A DNA stretch of 64,000 nucleotides from Octopus vulgaris (lineage: Eukaryota), in NCBI GenBank assembly GCA_951406725.2, contig OX597814.1, forward strand, positions 106,950,001-107,014,000, given 5' to 3'. Numbering within the stretch: the first letter of the stretch is position 1; each line of letters opens with the position of its first letter. The notes below the pieces were generated by a model. That model worked only from the letters and a program-made list of their open reading frames with translations. It was not told where the DNA came from and did not search any database. Both the position numbers and the translations under genes were made by a program. Shown here piece by piece: positions 63,001 to 64,000 of the stretch.

Positions 63001-63770
63001 TGCAATGCTATAGCTCTTTGAGTAAGCAAATTCCTTCTTCTCATCCCAATTTAATTCCTCAAAACCAGGATGATTAAAAGGTTCTGCTTGATCCTTCAGC
63101 TCAACTGTAAAGGAGGATCCTAAGATTAAGGTGCATCATTTACTAATCCTATCTGTCTAATTAATCCTGTCTCTCTAATCTTGTATCTCTAATTAATCCT
63201 GACTCTCCAATTAATCCTGATTCTCTAATTAATCCTGATTCTCTAATTAACCTTGACTCTCTAATTAACCTTGACTCTCTAATTAACCTTGACTCTCTAA
63301 TTAACCTTGACTCTCTTGTTAACCTTGTTTCTCTTGTTAACCTTGTTTCTCTCGTTAACTTCGACTCTCTCGTTAACTTCGACTCTCGTTAACCTCGACT
63401 CTCTCGTTAACCTCGACTCTCTCGTTAACCTCGACTCTCTCGTTAACCTCGACTCTCTTGTTAACCTTGACTCTCTCGTTAACCTCGACTCTCTAATTAA
63501 CCTCGTCTGTCTAACTAATGAAACATGAAATTAGTCCAAAGACAGACAGATTTAATAGACATTTCAGCCTGGCTAATCCCTGGGCCTCGTTTTTTTTTCT
63601 CTTTGCAGGACACCATCACTGCCTTGGAAGCCCTCTATCAATACACCCAAGTGGATCCCAATCGAAATGTCTTCAATATGAAACTCGATGTCTGGTCAGT
63701 GGCCAATAACAACTCGAAGCAGCTGGTTTATATGACTCAAAACAACTACACACATATGAGTGTTGTTAAG
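143..63770 (+). CDS. Multi-exon gene (31 coding exons in window, 3' end beyond window): CD109 antigen-like / macroglobulin complement-related (MCR-type) alpha-2-macroglobulin/TEP family protein with LDLa module and no functional thioester
   Basis: Manual splicing of 31 GT-AG exons gives one stop-free frame of 4032 nt with matching phases at every junction. A2M/TEP motifs appear in the expected order: [11 protein letters not shown] (MG1), [16 protein letters not shown] (MG2), [37 protein letters not shown], LDLa, [25 protein letters not shown] (thioester position), [58 protein letters not shown]. Confidence 0.93.
937..986 (-). ncRNA. Minimal type-I hammerhead ribozyme motif, G3:C8 variant (mirror copy in left arm)
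   Basis: Reverse complement reads tttgtca GTGAACA g gtcgc ggatttta gcgac GAA aatatt t tgacaaa. Confidence 0.65.
1011..1060 (+). ncRNA. Minimal type-I hammerhead ribozyme motif, G3:C8 core variant
   Basis: tttgtca [GTGAACA] g gtcgc-agatttta-gcgac [GAA] aatatt t tgacaaa: 7-bp stem I, 5-bp stem II, palindromic stem III. Confidence 0.65.
1945..2560 (+). mobile_element. RTE-clade LINE 3' end plus modular repeat tail
   Basis: Degraded RTE C-terminal coding sequence ([21 protein letters not shown]...[21 protein letters not shown]), followed by gccagtgg cacataaaaagcaccattc modules and the aacccatgccagcatggaaa tail seen throughout the window. Confidence 0.75.
3425..4311 (-). mobile_element. Degraded Tc1/mariner-superfamily DNA transposon
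   Basis: TIRs caggctgtccaaaaagcctctc / gagagactttttgaacaccctg(ta); frameshifted minus-strand transposase pieces: [13 protein letters not shown]... (HTH), [34 protein letters not shown] (WP.RSPDL.P.DF motif). Confidence 0.85.
5130..5600. repeat. 26-bp minisatellite derived from the SINE/RTE-tail module
   Basis: About 15 copies of tggaaccatcaccggtgctctttacg, continuous with the SINE-like sequence at 4945-5130. Confidence 0.9.
5726..5909 (+). CDS. TEP/MCR-like gene, coding exon 2 (MG1)
   Basis: tttcag|A ACT TAT: [19 protein letters not shown]...SRIMQLQ|gtgagt. Confidence 0.92.
6636..6850 (+). mobile_element. tRNA-derived SINE (ggcgagctggcagaa...gagttcaaattcc...cctttcatcctttcggggtcgataaa family)
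   Basis: A/B-box-like head and a conserved central motif shared with more than 15 other copies in the window. Confidence 0.8.
6953..7121 (+). CDS. TEP/MCR-like gene, coding exon 3
   Basis: tttcag|[16 protein letters not shown]...[17 protein letters not shown]|gtaagt. Confidence 0.94.
7675..8030 (+). mobile_element. tRNA-derived SINE (gtgtggtaagaagcttgcttcccaaccacatggtt family)
   Basis: Head tgtggtaag...ggttcagtc; homologs at 13030-13270, 33880-34470 (-), 48648-48760, 59017-59190. Confidence 0.75.
8790..9015 (+). mobile_element. RTE-clade LINE reverse-transcriptase C-terminal fragment
   Basis: Translates [69 protein letters not shown]. Confidence 0.85.
9507..9588. repeat. 82-bp perfect palindrome, no spacer
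   Basis: tctaagtatttgacgggtactttatcacatcaatctcaagt|acttgagattgatgtgataaagtacccgtcaaatacttaga. Confidence 0.95.
10284..10354 (+). CDS. TEP/MCR-like gene, coding exon 4 (MG2)
   Basis: ccccag|(V)[23 protein letters not shown]|gtaagt. Confidence 0.92.
10925..11160. repeat. Polypyrimidine minisatellite (about 24-bp unit)
   Basis: Repeats of cccctgccctctctcctccatctt. Confidence 0.9.
11617..12060 (+). mobile_element. Two tandem tRNA-derived SINE copies
   Basis: Two head-to-tail aggcggc/aggtggcgagctg...gagttcaaatt...cctagagtaaaaaagaata units. Confidence 0.85.
12248..12302 (+). CDS. TEP/MCR-like gene, coding exon 5
   Basis: gtacag|[19 protein letters not shown]|gtaagt; DP.G..V.RW motif of MG2. Confidence 0.92.
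14899..14972 (+). CDS. TEP/MCR-like gene, coding exon 6
   Basis: cttcag|(G)[24 protein letters not shown]|gtaagt. Confidence 0.93.
15147..15395. mobile_element. hAT-like MITE
   Basis: TIRs cagtggcagactgg / ccagtctgccactg; 8-bp TSD actgtagg / actgttgg (7 of 8 match). Confidence 0.8.
16315..16354 (+). CDS. TEP/MCR-like gene, coding exon 7
   Basis: ttccag|[14 protein letters not shown]|gtaagt. Confidence 0.9.
17412..17496 (+). CDS. TEP/MCR-like gene, coding exon 8 (MG3)
   Basis: ttccag|(W)[29 protein letters not shown]|gtaagt. Confidence 0.92.
17769..18324 (-). mobile_element. Internally deleted Tc1/mariner element, same family as 3425-4311
   Basis: TA on both sides; matching TIRs; minus-strand [10 protein letters not shown]...[17 protein letters not shown]. 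Confidence 0.85.
18745..19175 (-). mobile_element. Non-LTR retrotransposon (RTE-like) 3' fragment
   Basis: ORF 18753..19214: [43 protein letters not shown]...[10 protein letters not shown]...MMDREVW, ending in a (tga)n tail. Confidence 0.85.
19855..20110 (-). mobile_element. Possible degraded Penelope GIY-YIG endonuclease fragment
   Basis: Frameshifted minus-strand peptides ...LMSSTSSL...LYGSTAN / NLQGRL...QHVP / KWL loosely resemble the YIG.T.R.L..R..QH.P.WL segment of PLE endonucleases; heavily degraded. Confidence 0.35.
21022..21148 (+). CDS. TEP/MCR-like gene, coding exon 9
   Basis: tttcag|(N)[20 protein letters not shown]...LQKEVEY|gtaagt. Confidence 0.9.
21860..24033. mobile_element. 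Solo-LTR-like element (copy 1) with nested Helitron-like insertion
   Basis: TG...CA termini (tgttgcagctg ... ctctgctaca); 4-bp TSD agtt (21856-21859, 24034-24037); homologous to 35921-36747. Confidence 0.7.
22385..24003 (+). mobile_element. Non-autonomous Helitron-like element(s)
   Basis: A|TC starts (tctcttatgataaaaggcag at 22385; second start tctctctatataaagctgaag near 23612); 3' GC hairpin cccgagcaacgccggg followed by CTAG|T at 24000-24003. Confidence 0.65.
24185..24424 (+). CDS. TEP/MCR-like gene, coding exon 10
   Basis: tttcag|[15 protein letters not shown]...[13 protein letters not shown]|gtaagt. Confidence 0.92.
25854..26040 (-). mobile_element. RLE-type (R4/Dong-like) non-LTR retrotransposon C-terminal fragment
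   Basis: IVMGVLGRI...[27 protein letters not shown] ([14 protein letters not shown] terminus). Confidence 0.7.
26092..26277 (+). CDS. TEP/MCR-like gene, coding exon 11
   Basis: ttccag|[11 protein letters not shown]...SDVEIITFT|gtaagt. Confidence 0.9.
28346..28447 (+). CDS. TEP/MCR-like gene, coding exon 12
   Basis: gtccag|[34 protein letters not shown]|gtaagt. Confidence 0.92.
29447..29509 (+). CDS. TEP/MCR-like gene, coding exon 13
   Basis: ttttag|[21 protein letters not shown]|gtgagt. Confidence 0.92.
29996..31095 (-). mobile_element. Degraded mariner (DD34D-type) transposon with nested SINE
   Basis: TA-flanked TIRs cgaaggtgggatgaaaagttcataggttgac / gtcagcctatgagcgtttcagcccacccttg; minus-strand peptides [54 protein letters not shown]; SINE at about 30082-30320. 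Confidence 0.88.
30943..31002. repeat. 60-bp perfect palindrome, no spacer
   Basis: caatgtgggtttatctggaacaaaaacctg|caggtttttgttccagataaacccacattg. Confidence 0.95.
31173..31367 (+). CDS. TEP/MCR-like gene, coding exon 14
   Basis: cttcag|[12 protein letters not shown]...[14 protein letters not shown]...GAANNE|gtaaga. Confidence 0.94.
31405..32275 (-). mobile_element. Cluster of four tandem tRNA-derived SINE copies separated by (aat)n
   Basis: Repeated tttatcgaccc.gaaaggatgaaaggcaaagtc...tttgaactcagaa...ccagctcgc units. Confidence 0.85.
32561..32710 (+). CDS. TEP/MCR-like gene, coding exon 15
   Basis: tctcag|[50 protein letters not shown]|gtaagg. Confidence 0.93.
34095..34300. repeat. Compound (TA)/(atatatgc) microsatellite inside a SINE
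   Basis: Repeats of gcatatataaatatatat followed by (ca)n. Confidence 0.9.
34537..34674 (+). CDS. TEP/MCR-like gene, coding exon 16
   Basis: ttgtag|[13 protein letters not shown]...[11 protein letters not shown]|gtaggt. Confidence 0.92.
34862..35085 (+). mobile_element. Well-preserved tRNA-derived SINE copy
   Basis: Very similar to the 59243-59462 copy, with CpGs retained. Confidence 0.85.
36237..36520 (+). mobile_element. tRNA-headed, hammerhead-containing short retroelement with inverted 5' end
   Basis: 12-bp TSD catatatcttgt (36225-36236, 36521-36532); absent from solo-LTR copy 1; A-box tggcatagtgg and B-box-like gtttgattcc; hammerhead-like motif; about 36268-36298 is the inverse of about 36492-36520. 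Confidence 0.72.
36437..36480 (+). ncRNA. Degenerate minimal type-I hammerhead motif (canonical CUGAUGA core)
   Basis: acac CTGATGA a ggttga-agggtata-tcagcc aAA AtGT T gtgt; the two departures from GAA-ACGT are both CpG-type transitions. Confidence 0.6.
37875..37923 (+). CDS. TEP/MCR-like gene, coding exon 17
   Basis: ttgcag|[17 protein letters not shown]|gtgagt; AGL.ILTDA motif. Confidence 0.9.
38310..38870 (-). mobile_element. Modular RTE-tail-related short repeat (representative copy)
   Basis: (cat)n cgtttaatgtccgctttccatgctagcatgggttgg...ggatgcccttcctaacgccaacc... plus about 60-bp tandem modules; other copies near 7350-7665, 19460-19820, 24620-24780, 27815-28130, 40750-41125, 41985-42150, 42836-43000, 43975-44420, 52725-53175, 56630-56900, 60970-61320, 62245-62595. 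Confidence 0.85.
39451..39662. repeat. Imperfect inverted repeat (about 73-bp arms, about 66-bp spacer)
   Basis: aaagattgtttgcc...gctgtaatttagccccaggagac (39451-39523) versus gtctcctggggctaaattacagc...gcaaacaatcttt (39590-39662). Confidence 0.9.
40522..40635 (+). CDS. TEP/MCR-like gene, coding exon 18 (LDL-receptor class A module)
   Basis: cctcag|(N)[38 protein letters not shown]|gtgagt; six-Cys LDLa pattern with CD...DC.DG.DE..C; phase 1-1 exon. Confidence 0.93.
41714..41819 (+). CDS. TEP/MCR-like gene, coding exon 19
   Basis: ttttag|(C)[36 protein letters not shown]|gtaagt. Confidence 0.92.
43087..43540. mobile_element. piggyBac-like MITE, tandemly duplicated
   Basis: TTAA|ccctttcgttacc ... 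tatcaaaagtg|TTAA (43087-43299), then a second, truncated copy from about 43331; relatives near 11505, 16555 and 33515. Confidence 0.65.
43561..43678 (+). CDS. TEP/MCR-like gene, coding exon 20 (A2M domain)
   Basis: tgacag|(K)[39 protein letters not shown]|gtaagc. Confidence 0.93.
44686..44805 (+). CDS. TEP/MCR-like gene, coding exon 21
   Basis: atttag|[40 protein letters not shown]|gtaaaa. Confidence 0.93.
45185..45301 (+). CDS. TEP/MCR-like gene, coding exon 22
   Basis: tttcag|[39 protein letters not shown]|gtaagt. Confidence 0.92.
46160..46291 (+). CDS. TEP/MCR-like gene, coding exon 23
   Basis: ttctag|[44 protein letters not shown]|gtaagt. Confidence 0.92.
46560..47100 (-). mobile_element. 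RTE-clade LINE 3' end
   Basis: ORF 46783..47073: [59 protein letters not shown]. Confidence 0.85.
47811..48010. repeat. Fold-back element (about 68-bp arms) with hammerhead-like spacer
   Basis: attctgttgtgtctggggagagtcatt...acacactcactagtaaaa versus ttttactggtgagtgtgt...aatgactttccccagacacaacagaat; spacer cta TTGAAAA g gttgca aga tgcaac GAc aatt t tag. Confidence 0.8.
48157..48328 (+). CDS. TEP/MCR-like gene, coding exon 24
   Basis: ttgcag|[16 protein letters not shown]...[14 protein letters not shown]|gtaagt. Confidence 0.93.
48836..48950. repeat. Near-perfect hairpin (about 55-bp arms, 6-nt loop) next to (TA)n
   Basis: aatacatgtgtatatttagggctaaaaaccactaggtggacagccatatgctaga agaaga tctagcatatggctgtccacctagtggtttttagccctaatatacacatgtatt. 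Confidence 0.92.
49075..49198 (-). mobile_element. L1/Tx1-type LINE zinc-finger (zf-RVT-like) fragment
   Basis: [28 protein letters not shown] fits C-x2-C...ET..H....C......W. Confidence 0.6.
49885..49967 (-). ncRNA. Type-I hammerhead ribozyme motif (CUGAAGA core, long stem II), probably inactivated at position 16.1
   Basis: Reverse complement: cctatg CTGAAGA ggaa aat ggttgg t aaag ... cttt ccaacc taa ttcc GAA AC acac Gc C catagg; perfect 6-bp stem I. Confidence 0.68.
50018..50363. mobile_element. Fold-back Penelope-like insertion (family A, copy 2) inside a (TA)n tract
   Basis: Arms 50074-50215 and 50222-50363; hammerhead motif GTGAACA on the minus strand (50155-50204) and TTGAACA on the plus strand (50233-50282). 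Confidence 0.75.
50381..51026. mobile_element. Long fold-back/MITE-like element (about 285-305-bp inverted arms) between (TA)n tracts
   Basis: agtgttttggaaattccttgatacagttat...ttctggagaagg (50381-50666) versus ccttctctggaagg...ataactgtatcaaggaatttccaaaacact (about 50722-51026). Confidence 0.8.
51643..51831 (+). CDS. TEP/MCR-like gene, coding exon 25 (start of thioester domain; degenerate motif GVAEN)
   Basis: catcag|(G)[41 protein letters not shown]...LKYLNI G|gtaagt. Confidence 0.94.
54237..54315 (+). CDS. TEP/MCR-like gene, coding exon 26
   Basis: ctacag|(A)[27 protein letters not shown]|gtaagt. Confidence 0.93.
55592..55760 (+). CDS. TEP/MCR-like gene, coding exon 27
   Basis: tttcag|(W)[18 protein letters not shown]...[23 protein letters not shown]|gtaaga. 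Confidence 0.94.
57612..57713 (+). CDS. TEP/MCR-like gene, coding exon 28
   Basis: ttctag|[34 protein letters not shown]|gtgagt. Confidence 0.9.
57720..58500. repeat. Degenerate ctgcctatacatctctctgcctgt / ctat simple-repeat tract
   Basis: 24-bp unit clear at 57975-58070, degenerate elsewhere. Confidence 0.85.
58732..58909 (+). CDS. TEP/MCR-like gene, coding exon 29
   Basis: taacag|[17 protein letters not shown]...[12 protein letters not shown]...WKLHKG G|gtacat. Confidence 0.9.
59243..59462 (+). mobile_element. Well-preserved tRNA-derived SINE copy
   Basis: aaggcggcgagctggcagaatcgttagcac...gagttcaaattccgccgaggtcgac...gggtagtaaagaaatag. Confidence 0.85.
59588..59920 (+). mobile_element. Short non-autonomous Helitron-like element
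   Basis: A|TCtctatatatataaacggc start; 3' hairpin gcatgca...tgcatgc then CTAG|T. Confidence 0.65.
59935..60090 (+). mobile_element. RTE-clade reverse-transcriptase fragment
   Basis: [32 protein letters not shown]...LWLLQKLG, a degenerate version of F.D.EKAFDRVP. Confidence 0.7.
61422..61663 (+). CDS. TEP/MCR-like gene, coding exon 30
   Basis: tttaag|(D)[16 protein letters not shown]...[12 protein letters not shown]...[17 protein letters not shown]|gtaagg. Confidence 0.94.
63150..63515. repeat. 18-bp minisatellite with graded unit variants
   Basis: ctctaattaatcctgatt, then ctctctaattaaccttga, then ctctctcgttaacctcga. Confidence 0.9.
63609..63770 (+). CDS. TEP/MCR-like gene, coding exon 31 (last in window)
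   Basis: ttgcag|[25 protein letters not shown]...THMSVVK|gtgctg; the donor is weak, so the 3' boundary is less certain. Confidence 0.85.
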
Positions 63771-64000
63771 GTGCTGTGTTTTTACTGGGGGTTTTTTGGG
63801 GTTTTTTTTTAATACTTTTAATCTTCATATAACCTTAATTGTCAGGATGACTCTCCCTGAGAACTACATTAAGGGTGTGCATGTCTGTCGGGTGCTCAGC
63901 CACATGCACGTTAATTTCACAAACAGGCTGAAACCCTCATCGTTGTAACCAAGAGTGTTAGCTTGTGTGTGCATGTGTGTGTGAGATGTAATATGTGCTA

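Noticed and set aside
143-63770. Complement C3 or canonical alpha-2-macroglobulin identity
   Set aside because: No GCGEQ motif, no anaphylatoxin domain or bait region; an LDLa module occupies that position.

Overview
Eukaryotic, AT-rich, repeat-dense genomic DNA. The SINE and RTE repeat content points to a coleoid cephalopod, probably Octopus (inference). One + strand gene fills the window: 31 coding exons (143..63770; 4032 nt, 1344 codons), all GT-AG and phase-compatible. It encodes a secreted alpha-2-macroglobulin/TEP superfamily protein of the CD109-like / macroglobulin complement-related (MCR) type, with a signal peptide, MG domains, an LDLa module and a degenerate thioester site (PYGVAENI instead of PxGCGEQ). 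The gene continues past the window end. Introns hold tRNA-derived SINEs, RTE/L1/RLE LINE fragments, Tc1/mariner, hAT, piggyBac and Helitron-like relics, solo-LTR-like elements and minisatellites. The most unusual signal is a set of short fold-back, Penelope-like insertions carrying minimal type-I hammerhead-ribozyme motifs whose 3:8 core pair covaries (C3:G8, G3:C8, possibly U3:A8); one of them has a tRNA-like head. There is also an inverted intronic copy of the exon-12 acceptor region, later split by a solo-LTR-like insertion. All calls were made by eye, without database searches.
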